Positions 18,792-27,587 of a stretch of DNA of 64,000 nucleotides are shown here, piece after piece. The stretch's first letter is position 1; each line of letters begins with the position of its first letter. The DNA comes from Clostridia bacterium (GTDB lineage Bacteria; Bacillota; Clostridia; Oscillospirales; CAG-272), in the NCBI GenBank assembly GCA_017959065.1, contig JAGDBK010000013.1:3258-67257 (forward strand). Reading direction: 5' to 3'. A program made the translations under genes and the position numbers. The notes beneath the pieces are model-generated. The model did not search any database. It was given only the letters and a program-made list of their open reading frames with translations, and was not told the DNA's origin.

Positions 18792-19405
18792 TTACTACCC
18801 TCCGTTAGAATTTCGTCAGCGAGAGAACGGAACTCGTCATTTGTACAGATCATATTTACTGCCTTAATAAGATCCGAAGTACTGATCATCGCAGGCAGAT
18901 TAAGTTTACGGCACAGCCTTTTCCTGTTTTCGCGCGAATTCTCGCCGCCTGTCAGACCGGCTTCGTAGAAATCAGTGACCGTGACGCTCCCCTTGGGTTC
19001 CGGAGCGTTCCCGTCCGCATACGGGCGGAACAGATCGCGTATAAAATCCGCGTCCATGCCTTCCACCCCCAGAAGCCCCGACGCCGAAGGTTTCGACTTG
19101 CGCTTTTCCTTTCCCGGAATATCCGGGATAAAAAGATCGATGACGCATCCGGCGGGAACAAGATTCCTCAGATGGGATCTTATCATTCTGCCGGCGCCGT
19201 CGCTGTCGGTGAGGAGAATGATCTTCCCGCACTCGGACACGAGTTTTTTGAGAAGTCCTGAAAGCTCGGGGTTTCTGAATGCTCCGAAACCGTCTGTTTT
19301 GATTATATAGGCATCGATAACGGTATCAAGTCTGATCCTGTCGTATTTTCCCTCGACCACGACCGGATACCCTATTCTGAGCTTTTCCATTCCGACTCCG
19401 ATCAC
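18776..19405 (-). CDS. Toprim-domain protein (RNase M5-like / DUF4093-type)
   Basis: 209-aa ORF with VVVEGKYDRIRL...ILLTDSDGAGRMIR Toprim motifs. Confidence 0.65.
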   Translation of the reverse strand: MIGVGMEKLRIGYPVVVEGKYDRIRLDTVIDAYIIKTDGFGAFRNPELSGLLKKLVSECGKIILLTDSDGAGRMIRSHLRNLVPAGCVIDLFIPDIPGKEKRKSKPSASGLLGVEGMDADFIRDLFRPYADGNAPEPKGSVTVTDFYEAGLTGGENSRENRKRLCRKLNLPAMISTSDLIKAVNMICTNDEFRSLADEILTEGSKCSEN

Positions 19406-19411
19406 TTTAAA

Positions 19412-20452
19412 TCAGTTTTCAAGAAAGATCTTGGACATGAGCCATTCTATGGGCTCGTAGTTCCCGGAAAAGCCCTTGACGGATGCATCCGCCTCCGCGC
19501 ACATCCTGACCGAGTCCTTTATCCGGTCTTTCCCCCATCTTTTGACTGCATCCATATATAACCCGACCTTGTACGGATGCATTTTGGTCTTGGCGGCTAT
19601 CGCCGCCTTGGAAACCCCGCTGTCCATCAGCAGACTGATGCCGTACAGATCGCAGCAGACTCTGGAGATGCCTGACAGCGCTATGACCGGCTCAACGTGT
19701 CTTGACTTCATTTCACGTACCGCTCCGAATGCATTCGTACGGTTCCGTGACAGGATCGCGTTCGACAGAGCGAAATCGTCCTCGCCGATACCGCGTGAAC
19801 AGACGAATTCAATATCTGCTCCTGTCAAACGGTCTCTGCCGAGCGAATGAAGGTAACTGCACAGTTTATCGGTCTCGTTTGCGAGCACCTGCATGGATTC
19901 CCCGCATATTCCGATCATCTCATCTATCTCGCGCGGTTCCGCAATGATCCTTTCGTGAGCAAAGTGCTTAGAGAGCCAGGCTGCGAGCCTGCCGGAGGTC
20001 ACTTTCTGAAAGAAGACCGGTTCAAACACCTCGGTCAGTTTCCGGTAAACGGCAGAAGGCTTTTTCGGAAGACTTCCCGGGTCGAACTCATTGGTCTCGG
20101 TATATAGCACGATCACCGCATTCCCCATTTCGGCGGAAGCAGTTCCGGCAGAAAGGAGAGTGTCGATCTTTTCGGAAGAAATAGAGGAATAGTCCACCTC
20201 ATGCAGTTCGATAAGTTTGTATTCCGACATGAACGGAGGACTCATTATCGCATCTGCCAGGGCGCCGAGTCCGTTATCCGTGCTGAGAACGACATGATCG
20301 AAAGCGTCGTCTTCCTTTGCGAATGTCTTCCTCGTCATTTCAAGCCAGTATCTTTTCAGATATGTCTCTTCGCCGAAGAAAAGATAATTGCCGCACTTCT
20401 TTCCCGACAGTCTTTCCCTGAATTCAGAATCAGTCATTTCCAGAATCTCCAA
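19412..20452 (-). CDS. holA: DNA polymerase III delta subunit
   Basis: 346-aa ORF with an N-terminus ...GNYLFFGEETYLKRY... typical of HolA. Confidence 0.8.
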   Translation of the reverse strand: MEILEMTDSEFRERLSGKKCGNYLFFGEETYLKRYWLEMTRKTFAKEDDAFDHVVLSTDNGLGALADAIMSPPFMSEYKLIELHEVDYSSISSEKIDTLLSAGTASAEMGNAVIVLYTETNEFDPGSLPKKPSAVYRKLTEVFEPVFFQKVTSGRLAAWLSKHFAHERIIAEPREIDEMIGICGESMQVLANETDKLCSYLHSLGRDRLTGADIEFVCSRGIGEDDFALSNAILSRNRTNAFGAVREMKSRHVEPVIALSGISRVCCDLYGISLLMDSGVSKAAIAAKTKMHPYKVGLYMDAVKRWGKDRIKDSVRMCAEADASVKGFSGNYEPIEWLMSKIFLEN

Positions 20453-20454
20453 TA

Positions 20455-21015
20455 CTATTGCAGTCCGGCGGGTCTGACGTACATACGGAATCTCGACCGT
20501 TCAAAAGCACCGCCCTGCATTTCAAGCACATAATCTATGTACAGTTCCCCGCCGTCAGCTGTCAGGCTGTTTCTCAGAACGTATGTATGGACCGTCAGCT
20601 CGATCGGGAAGAAATCCGTCTCATATGCGCAGATGTTCCTTCTTCCCTCTTCAAACGCGAGTACTGTACGGACAGAGCCTGTCCTCATCATCGTCACGAC
20701 GCCGGGGTCGTCCTCCCGGAAACTCACCGAAGTTCTTGAGCCTTCCATGCCAGTCAATTCCGTCTCATCATATGAAAACACAAGATTTCCGTCTGTACGT
20801 TCAACAGTCCCCTCGGTATTGACCTCTATCACTCCCTGAGAAGTGTCTTCTCCGAAAGCACTGTTCTCTTTCGGATCTTCAAGAGCGGCAAGCGCGGCAG
20901 AAATGAAATCGTCCGCGCGGTCTCCTGCGATGCTGAACTGTTCCGAATTGATCTTTATCCATACTTTATCTATGTTTTCCATCAAAAACCCCATTGGCAA
21001 AAGAAAAGGAAGCAA
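20455..21015 (-). CDS. DUF1934 (YwiB-like beta-barrel) protein
   Basis: 186-aa ORF with family-like repeating beta-strand pattern ...LVFSYDE...VTMMRTGSVRTVLAFEEG...YIDYVLEMQG. Confidence 0.6.
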   Translation of the reverse strand: MLPFLLPMGFLMENIDKVWIKINSEQFSIAGDRADDFISAALAALEDPKENSAFGEDTSQGVIEVNTEGTVERTDGNLVFSYDETELTGMEGSRTSVSFREDDPGVVTMMRTGSVRTVLAFEEGRRNICAYETDFFPIELTVHTYVLRNSLTADGGELYIDYVLEMQGGAFERSRFRMYVRPAGLQ

Positions 21016-21078
21016 CGATTGAACACCATTGCATTGCCGCGGTGTTAACGTGCTTCCCGATTCTTCAAAGAAATATAA

Positions 21079-21534
21079 TCAGTTCTGCTCGTCTGAAGCA
21101 TTTTCAGCCTGGGTCTCATCTGCCGCAGTCGTATCATCAGCTACGGTCGTATCATCGGCTGCGGTCGTATCATCGGCTGCGGTCGTATCATCAGCTGCGG
21201 TCGTATCATCAGCTGCTGTGGTATCAACTACAGCCGCTGTCGTATCGGCAGTGCTACCTGAATTGCTTCCGCTGTTTCCGGAAGATTTGACAGTGCCGCT
21301 CTGGGTAACATAAGCTATGATCACTATCACTACAAATATTATGCTGACCACTGTCGTAGCCTTGGAGAGAATACCGTCAAGCATAGAGCCCTTGTTTTTT
21401 CCGAAGAAAGTCTCCGCGCCGCCCGCGATCGCACCGGAAAGGCCGTGTGACTTTCCGTTCTGCATAAGGACCGCCACTACAATAAAGACAGACAGCACTA
21501 TAAGAATGATACCAAGAATAATTTCAAACATCAA
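21079..21534 (-). CDS. secG: preprotein translocase subunit SecG with repetitive Thr/Ala/Asp C-terminal extension
   Basis: The N-terminal ~75 aa (MMFEIILGIILIVLSVFIVVAVLMQNGKSHGLSGAIAGG...) are SecG-like. The total of 151 aa is about twice the normal length. Confidence 0.8.
   Translation of the reverse strand: MMFEIILGIILIVLSVFIVVAVLMQNGKSHGLSGAIAGGAETFFGKNKGSMLDGILSKATTVVSIIFVVIVIIAYVTQSGTVKSSGNSGSNSGSTADTTAAVVDTTAADDTTAADDTTAADDTTAADDTTVADDTTAADETQAENASDEQN
21122..21229. repeat. 18-bp tandem repeat, ~6 copies, inside secG 3' region
   Basis: GCTGCGGTCGTATCATC(A/G) is repeated head to tail and encodes (TTAADD)n on the minus strand. Confidence 0.9.
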
Positions 21535-21690
21535 CCGACACCCGCCCGAACGCTCGGACGAATCCTTTCTCCCCGAATACTCACATCATCATAAAGTATT
21601 ATTGTAAATCGCATCCATCGGGGATGGTACTGCGAACAGAAAACAAGACATGGGGACGACAAAAAAAGCCCCCTCAAAAAAAGCATTAGT

Positions 21691-21719
21691 ATTGTATCAT
21701 AAGCGAAGTGAAAAATCAA
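21691..21719 (-). promoter_or_regulatory. sigma-A type promoter upstream of secG
   Basis: Minus strand reads TTGATT (21719-21714), a 17-nt spacer, then TGa-TACAAT (21696-21691). This leaves a ~150-nt leader. Confidence 0.45.
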
Positions 21720-21868
21720 TACGATATGAAAAAGTTGTTTCAGACCTCTGTAAAAAGTTGCCCCCGTCCTCGCCGCAAAAAGCATCGTGTCTTGTTTTTC
21801 CGCGGCAATCAACACTAGACCGGTGCGGAACCGTGAGCACATTTTCCAGCAGAAATGCCGTAAAAAGA

Positions 21869-23641
21869 TCAAAGCGAATACTTCCTGCTGTATTCGGCGA
21901 ATTCGTCCGCGAACTGTCCCTCGCTCGTCTTGTACTGATTCAGGTATTTGTGAGCGTCAAGTTCATCGCGGGTGAGCTGCATCGTATATACCGCCAGATT
22001 GGAACAGTGATCGGAAACCCTCTCGTAATTGACCAGAAGATCATTGAAAACGAAGCCGAGAGAGACCGTGCACTCTCCGCTCTGAAGACGGTTGACATGT
22101 CTGTTCTTGAGTTCCTCCTGAAGGCTGTCGATGACCTGCTCCAGCGGTTCGACATGTGACGCCATCGCCGCATCGTCCGATGAGAAAGACTCCACAGCCA
22201 TATCCAGGATCTCGAGCACCGCGTTGGTGATAACATTGAGCTCATGCGCAGCCTGTTCCGAGAAATGGATGTTCTTTTCCTTTATCTCTTCAGAAAGTTT
22301 CGTGATGTTGAGAGCATGGTCGCTTATTCTCTCATAATCTCCTATACCGTGCAGCATACGCGCGATGGCATGGGATTCCGCTTCGGTCGTATCGTTTTTG
22401 CTCAGTCTTACCAGATAAGTGCTGAGTTTGTCTTCATAACGGTCGGTCAGCTTCTCGAGTTCGACCACCTTGTCGATCTCTTCCTGATTATAGTTCAGGT
22501 AGGCGTCTATCGACATCCTGATAGCATTTCTGGATATGTTTGCCATCTCAACGGTTAGCCTCTTGCATTCTGAAATGGCGATCGGTGTGTTGTTGAAAAG
22601 CCTTTCGTCCAGGAATACCGGATCGATCTCCTCCTTCTTTTTTCTGATCGTCTTCTCGCAGATCAGAAGCAGCGGCTTTTTCAGAGGGATGAACGCGATC
22701 GTGTTAAGAATGTTGAAGAGACTGTGCACCGTAGCGACGCCAATGATGCTTATAGGAAAGCTGAGAAGATCGGGAGCGATCCCCATCACGACATACGTAA
22801 GAATGATACAGACGACTCCGCCTACGGCATTCGTGTAGAAATGCATGGCGATGACACGCTTTGCTTCCTTGCTCGTTCCGATACCGGAGACCAGAGCGGT
22901 CATACATGTCCCGACGTTAGCACCGACGACCAGAGGTATCGCTATCTGGTACGTGATCGGATTCGATGTAAGGAACGCGTTTAGAGCCATAGCCTGAACG
23001 ATAGCTACCGTCGCCGCGGAAGACTGGACTATTCCGGTAAAAACAGCCGACACGATAAAAGCCACTGCCGGATTCTTGAACGCTTCGAGAAGTGCCTGGA
23101 AGAAAGAATCCTGCCGCAGACCTTCCATCGAGTTGCTCATCATCTGCATACCCGCCATGAGTATGGCAAATCCTATAAGTATCGCTCCGAACGTCTTCTT
23201 TTTCTCTCTTTTGGATACCATGGAGATCACTATCCCCACAAGTGCCAGTATAGGGGCGAAAGTTTCGGGACGCAGGAGCACGACAAGGAAATTATCGTCC
23301 CCGGATATACCGCTAAGAGTGAGGATCCAGGCTGTCAGCGTCGTGCCGACGTGAGATCCCATGATCATGCCGAAGGTATCCGCGAACCCCATGATCCCGG
23401 AATTGACCAGACCAACGAGCATGACCGTCATTGCTGATGAAGACTGTATCGCGATGGTTATTCCTGCCCCGATCAAAAAGCCGAGAAAATCATTTTTTGA
23501 TACTCTTTTTAGAGTTCTCTCAAGTCTGCCGCCCGCGGTTTTTTCAAGTCCGGAAGACATCGTGCTCATACCGTAAAGGAAGAACGCGAGTCCGCCGAAC
23601 AGCTCGGCAAACATTATCAGAATCTGAGTTGAAGTCATCAT
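21869..23641 (-). CDS. Na/Pi cotransporter family protein with C-terminal PhoU-like domain
   Basis: 590-aa ORF with ...FLYGMSTMSSGLEKTAGGRLE...IQSSSAMTVMLVGLV... and a C-terminal PhoU-like helical repeat. Confidence 0.85.
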   Translation of the reverse strand: MMTSTQILIMFAELFGGLAFFLYGMSTMSSGLEKTAGGRLERTLKRVSKNDFLGFLIGAGITIAIQSSSAMTVMLVGLVNSGIMGFADTFGMIMGSHVGTTLTAWILTLSGISGDDNFLVVLLRPETFAPILALVGIVISMVSKREKKKTFGAILIGFAILMAGMQMMSNSMEGLRQDSFFQALLEAFKNPAVAFIVSAVFTGIVQSSAATVAIVQAMALNAFLTSNPITYQIAIPLVVGANVGTCMTALVSGIGTSKEAKRVIAMHFYTNAVGGVVCIILTYVVMGIAPDLLSFPISIIGVATVHSLFNILNTIAFIPLKKPLLLICEKTIRKKKEEIDPVFLDERLFNNTPIAISECKRLTVEMANISRNAIRMSIDAYLNYNQEEIDKVVELEKLTDRYEDKLSTYLVRLSKNDTTEAESHAIARMLHGIGDYERISDHALNITKLSEEIKEKNIHFSEQAAHELNVITNAVLEILDMAVESFSSDDAAMASHVEPLEQVIDSLQEELKNRHVNRLQSGECTVSLGFVFNDLLVNYERVSDHCSNLAVYTMQLTRDELDAHKYLNQYKTSEGQFADEFAEYSRKYSL

Positions 23642-23687
23642 CTATCTCCGAAAGGAAATCAAATCATTCAAACAAATATACAATTGA

Positions 23688-23717
23688 ATTATACACAACA
23701 ATAAGGCGGTATGTCAA
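23688..23717 (-). promoter_or_regulatory. sigma-A type promoter of Na/Pi transporter gene
   Basis: Minus strand reads TTGACA (23717-23712), an 18-nt spacer, then TGtg-TATAAT (23693-23688). Confidence 0.5.
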
Positions 23718-23784
23718 CCGGATGAAATTCGCTAAACCGCTGAAAAAGCTGGCTTAAACGTGTTTTTTCGGGTTCTCAAAAAAC

Positions 23785-23813
23785 TTGACTTTTATGGACT
23801 GCTGTGATAATAT
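23785..23813 (+). promoter_or_regulatory. sigma-A type promoter driving structured leader and tRNA-Ser
   Basis: TTGACT (23785-23790), a 17-nt spacer, then TGa-TAATAT (23808-23813). Confidence 0.5.
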
Positions 23814-23817
23814 ATCT

Positions 23818-23938
23818 GCGTTGCAAACTGTACAGCCGCGTTCCGCAATTATGTTCCCGAGTGTCACATTGATGCTTCGGATAAGCGCGGACTGCCATAT
23901 TCTCTGTCCCCCGGACTGTTTGCAACGCCTGCTTTTGG
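23818..23938 (+). ncRNA. candidate structured RNA / tRNA leader element of unknown class
   Basis: A perfect 11-bp long-range stem (GCGTTGCAAAC 23818-23828 with GTTTGCAACGC 23918-23928) encloses ~90 nt. The enclosed region has a second 8-bp helix (CAGCCGCG 23833-40 with CGCGGaCTG 23886-94). A CUGCUUUUGG tail follows. Confidence 0.3.
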
Positions 23939-23962
23939 CTTTGACATATATTTTTTCTGCTT

Positions 23963-24051
23963 GGAGAGGTATCGAAGCGGTCATAACGAGGCGGTCTTGA
24001 AAACCGTTTGAGCGTCAGCTCACAAGGGTTCGAATCCCTTCCTCTCCGCCA
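23963..24051 (+). tRNA. tRNA-Ser (anticodon UGA), CCA encoded
   Basis: Acceptor stem GGAGAGG/CCTCTCC, anticodon loop CTTGAAA, long variable arm, T-loop GGTTCGAATCC. Length 89 nt. Confidence 0.93.
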
Positions 24052-24057
24052 ATGATC

Positions 24058-24091
24058 GGACCCGGCGACTTTTTCGTCGGGTCCTTTTTTT
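24058..24091 (+). terminator. intrinsic terminator after tRNA-Ser
   Basis: GGACCCGGCGA-cttt-TCGTCGGGTCC followed by T7. Confidence 0.8.
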
Positions 24092-24336
24092 GCTCGAATC
24101 GTTTTCTTTCAAAGCGCCGAATGTATCTTGACGCATTTAAGCGAACGTCTAATTCCCGGCACCGGAATACGGGCGGCAAAACTCGAAACAGAAGCCTATG
24201 ACTATTTCTTAAGAATCGTGCCTGTAGAAAACGGAATTCAATTGTGTTATAATCTAAAGTGAAAAAATGATACTAGGAACCATACTGCGCCTGCTTTTTC
24301 CGACAATAATCGGCATAATATTGGGAGACTTTGTCT

Positions 24337-25629
24337 ATGACTTTCGATATCCCGTCTCCGTGCGGATGCGGAATGAGGCACCCGGCGTTCAAGACCGAAG
24401 TGCTCGTCGGTGCCGGAGCCTCTGTGGAAATTCCGGGATATGCCCTTAAACTCGGCATGAAACATCCGTATATCCTGTGCGACAAGAATACCTCTGTTTT
24501 CGCCGACGGCATCGCGTCTTCTCTTGGAAGGGCGGGAATGTCGCCAGACATTTTTATGTTTCAAACAGATCATCCGCTGCCGGACGAAAAGACAGTCGGG
24601 TCTGCCTTTATGCACTTTGATCAGGCATATGACGGCATAATATCGGTCGGTTCCGGAGTTTTAAACGATACTGGAAAGATCGTCTCCCGCATTACCGGAC
24701 GTCCGTATATAATCGCGGCAACTGCGCCGTCAATGGACGGGTACGCATCTTCCACGTCATCAATGGAGCGTGACGGACTTAAGATCAGTCTTAATACGAA
24801 GATCGCCGATGTGATCGTCGGCGATACGGATATTCTCAAGAAAGCTCCCGACATACTGCTCAGTGCCGGAATGGGAGATATTCTTGCAAAATATGTCGCC
24901 ATATGCGAATGGCGCATTTCTCACATCATAAACGGGGAATACTACTGCGAAGAAACGGCGTCTCTGGTCAGAAAAGCGATCGACCGGTGCGTGACTAACA
25001 TCCCCGGATTGCTCAAAAGGGATGAAAAAGCGGTAGAGGCGGTTTTCACTGGGCTGATAATGAGCGGTTCGGCAATGTTCTTCTCGGGCTCTTCCCGTCC
25101 CGCTTCCGGATCCGAGCATTATTTCTCACACATATGGGATATGCGCTCGCTGGCATTCGGAACTCCGTCCTCTCTTCACGGGATCCAGTGCGCGATCGGA
25201 ACTGTCGAAACCGCAAAGCTGTACGATAAACTGAAAAAAATCGTCCCTGATCCAAACAAGGCCATCGATCACGCGGCTTCATTTGATCTGAGAGAATGGC
25301 ATGGAAAGCTGAGAAACTTCATTGGTCCGGGTGCGGAGATCATGATATCGCTTGAAAAATCGGAAAAAAAGTACGACACCGGACTTCACAGAAAACGTCT
25401 TGAGAATATCATCCGGAACTGGGACGAGATCCTCAGGATCGTTGAGGAAGAGATCCCGGATGTCGATGATCTGAAACGCTTCTGCGCCGGATCCGGATGC
25501 CCGACGGAACCCGAGGATATCGGACTTCCGCGCAGCATCGTCCCCATGACTTTCGAGTGTACGAAGGATGTGCGGGACAAATACATTTTATCAAGACTTT
25601 TCTGGGACCTGGGCGAAACGGCATACTGA
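24337..25629 (+). CDS. sn-glycerol-1-phosphate dehydrogenase family protein (AraM/EgsA-like, iron-ADH superfamily)
   Basis: Motifs GSGVLNDTGK, PSMDGYAS, GMGDILAKY and GSEHYFSHIWD. GGGAG lies 9 nt upstream of ATG 24337. Confidence 0.7.
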   Translation: MTFDIPSPCGCGMRHPAFKTEVLVGAGASVEIPGYALKLGMKHPYILCDKNTSVFADGIASSLGRAGMSPDIFMFQTDHPLPDEKTVGSAFMHFDQAYDGIISVGSGVLNDTGKIVSRITGRPYIIAATAPSMDGYASSTSSMERDGLKISLNTKIADVIVGDTDILKKAPDILLSAGMGDILAKYVAICEWRISHIINGEYYCEETASLVRKAIDRCVTNIPGLLKRDEKAVEAVFTGLIMSGSAMFFSGSSRPASGSEHYFSHIWDMRSLAFGTPSSLHGIQCAIGTVETAKLYDKLKKIVPDPNKAIDHAASFDLREWHGKLRNFIGPGAEIMISLEKSEKKYDTGLHRKRLENIIRNWDEILRIVEEEIPDVDDLKRFCAGSGCPTEPEDIGLPRSIVPMTFECTKDVRDKYILSRLFWDLGETAY

Positions 25630-25723
25630 CCGCATCCCGGCCGGACGGAAGACAGGATTCCCGCTTAAAATCCGTATAATAAAACTCATATTCAATTCAC
25701 TATACAAGGGGTTTAACCGAAAA

Positions 25724-27370
25724 ATGACGATAATCGATCTGCTGGAACAAAATGCGAAAAACGCCGGCGGCGAAGTTGCCCTGGTGGAGTTCAATCCCAA
25801 CCTTCGATCCAGGAAAGAGGACTGGAAAGAATTCAACCTTATCGAAGGCGGAACAGACGCGAAGCTCCGCAAAGAGCTCACATGGGGCGAATTCGACTCC
25901 AAGGCAAACCGTGTGGCCAACTATCTAATTTCTCTCGGCGTCAAAAAGGGAGACAAGGTTGCCATACTTCTGATGAACTGTCTGGAATGGCTTCCGATCT
26001 ATTTCGGCGTTCTGAAATCCGGCGCTCTCGCCGTTCCCATGAACTACAGATATACAGCCAAGGAGATTGAATACTGCCTTGATCTTTCGGATTCGCAATA
26101 CCTGATCTTCGGTCAGGAATTTGTCAGCCGTATCGAAGAGATCCTTCCCTCTATCGGCAGCATAAAGCTTTTGTACTGTTCTTCGGGGCTCCGGGACACA
26201 ATCCCCGAATTCGCCGCCGATCTTCTGGAGATGATGGATTTTGCCTCAAGCCTGAAGCCGGCCGTTTCATCCTCTCTGTCCGAAGACGATTTCGCAGCCA
26301 TCTATTTTTCTTCCGGAACCACAGGTTTCCCGAAGGCTATTCTTCACAAACACCGTTCGCTTATCAATTCCTGCCGGACCGAGCAGGCTCATCACGGTCA
26401 GCAGAAAGATGATGTGTTCATCTGCATTCCGCCACTCTACCATACAGGCGCCAAGATGCACTGGTTCGGATCTCTCATCTCCTGCAGCCGGGCAGTGCTG
26501 CTCAGGGGAGTGACACCGGAATGGATCATCCGTACCGCGGCGCTCGAACATGCTTCAATAGTATGGCTTTTGGTGCCGTGGGCGCAGGATATACTCGATG
26601 CCATTGATCGCGGAGACATAGATCTTGATGAATACGATCTGTCGTCATGGCGCCTTATGCACATCGGCGCGCAGCCGGTGCCCCCGTCCCTGATCAGGAG
26701 ATGGAAGGAACACTTCCCGTCACATCAGTACGACACAAACTACGGTCTGTCCGAATCCATCGGCCCGGGATGCGTTCATCTCGGAGTCGAGAACATAGAC
26801 CATGTCGGCGCCATCGGAAAAGCCGGATATCTGTGGGAGACACGCATCTGCGATGAGAACGGATCCGATGTCGAACGTGGCAAAGTAGGCGAGTTGTGGG
26901 TCAAAGGCCCTGGCGTCATGACCTGTTATTACAAGAACCCGGAAGCGACCGCAGAAGTTCTGCACGGTGAATGGCTTGCGACAGGAGACATGGCGCGCGA
27001 GGATGAACAGGGATTCATTTACCTGGTCGACCGAAAGAAGGACGTTATCATCACCGGAGGCGAGAACCTCTATCCGGTCCAGATAGAAGATTATCTGAGA
27101 GGCCACGACGCAATAAAGGATGTTGCCGTAATAGGCCTGCCCGACAAGCGTCTTGGAGAGATAGCCGCAGCGATTATCGAGGTCAAGCCCGGTAAAACGC
27201 TCACCGAGGAAGAACTTAACGAATTCTGCCAGGGAATGCCGAGATACAAGCGTCCCCGCAGATTCATTTTCGCCGAAGTCCCGCGCAATCCCACCGGAAA
27301 GATCGAAAAGCCGTTGTTGCGTGAAAGATACTGCGGCGAGCGTCTTGTCGAAACTCAGACCAAATCATGA
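25724..27370 (+). CDS. AMP-dependent acyl-CoA synthetase/ligase
   Basis: MTIIDLLEQNAKN... with AMP-binding signatures YFSSGTTGFPKAILHKH, TGDMA and VDRKKDVIITGGENLYP. The track ORF start at 25568 overlaps the upstream gene. Confidence 0.85.
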   Translation: MTIIDLLEQNAKNAGGEVALVEFNPNLRSRKEDWKEFNLIEGGTDAKLRKELTWGEFDSKANRVANYLISLGVKKGDKVAILLMNCLEWLPIYFGVLKSGALAVPMNYRYTAKEIEYCLDLSDSQYLIFGQEFVSRIEEILPSIGSIKLLYCSSGLRDTIPEFAADLLEMMDFASSLKPAVSSSLSEDDFAAIYFSSGTTGFPKAILHKHRSLINSCRTEQAHHGQQKDDVFICIPPLYHTGAKMHWFGSLISCSRAVLLRGVTPEWIIRTAALEHASIVWLLVPWAQDILDAIDRGDIDLDEYDLSSWRLMHIGAQPVPPSLIRRWKEHFPSHQYDTNYGLSESIGPGCVHLGVENIDHVGAIGKAGYLWETRICDENGSDVERGKVGELWVKGPGVMTCYYKNPEATAEVLHGEWLATGDMAREDEQGFIYLVDRKKDVIITGGENLYPVQIEDYLRGHDAIKDVAVIGLPDKRLGEIAAAIIEVKPGKTLTEEELNEFCQGMPRYKRPRRFIFAEVPRNPTGKIEKPLLRERYCGERLVETQTKS

Positions 27371-27447
27371 CCGCGTACCTGATCAGCTGAAGACTCACCC
27401 TGACTTCGAGACGATGGCAATCTGATAATAACACTATAATTGTTCAG

Positions 27448-27496
27448 AACGGCATGGTTCCAAATTATCTGTTGGATCCATGCCGTTGTTCTTTGG
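27448..27496 (+). terminator. intrinsic terminator after acyl-CoA synthetase gene
   Basis: 10-bp stem AACGGCATGG/CCATGCCGTT followed by GTTCTTTGG. Confidence 0.6.
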
Positions 27497-27507
27497 CGGA
27501 AAAGTGT

Positions 27508-27539
27508 GGAGGGCTCCTTTCGGGGGATCCCTCTTTTTC
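27508..27539. terminator. second hairpin plus T-run between convergent genes
   Basis: GGAGGGCTCC-tttc-GGGGGATCCCTC followed by T5. Confidence 0.5.
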
Positions 27540-27587
27540 GTCAGAAATGAGTATTATCAGCCGTTGATGCTTTCCCGGCATGATGTG

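Noticed and set aside
21122-21229. Regularly spaced 18-bp repeats as a possible CRISPR array.
   Set aside because: The repeats are contiguous with no spacers. They are too short, lie inside the secG reading frame and encode a (TTAADD)n peptide. This is a coding tandem repeat.
23818-23938. The structured element upstream of tRNA-Ser as SRP (4.5S) RNA, 6S RNA or a T-box.
   Set aside because: It has no GGAA/GNRA-capped helix 8 with the AGCA symmetric-loop signature. It is too short for 6S RNA or a T-box, and it has no T-box sequence or specifier architecture. It is kept only as an unclassified candidate.
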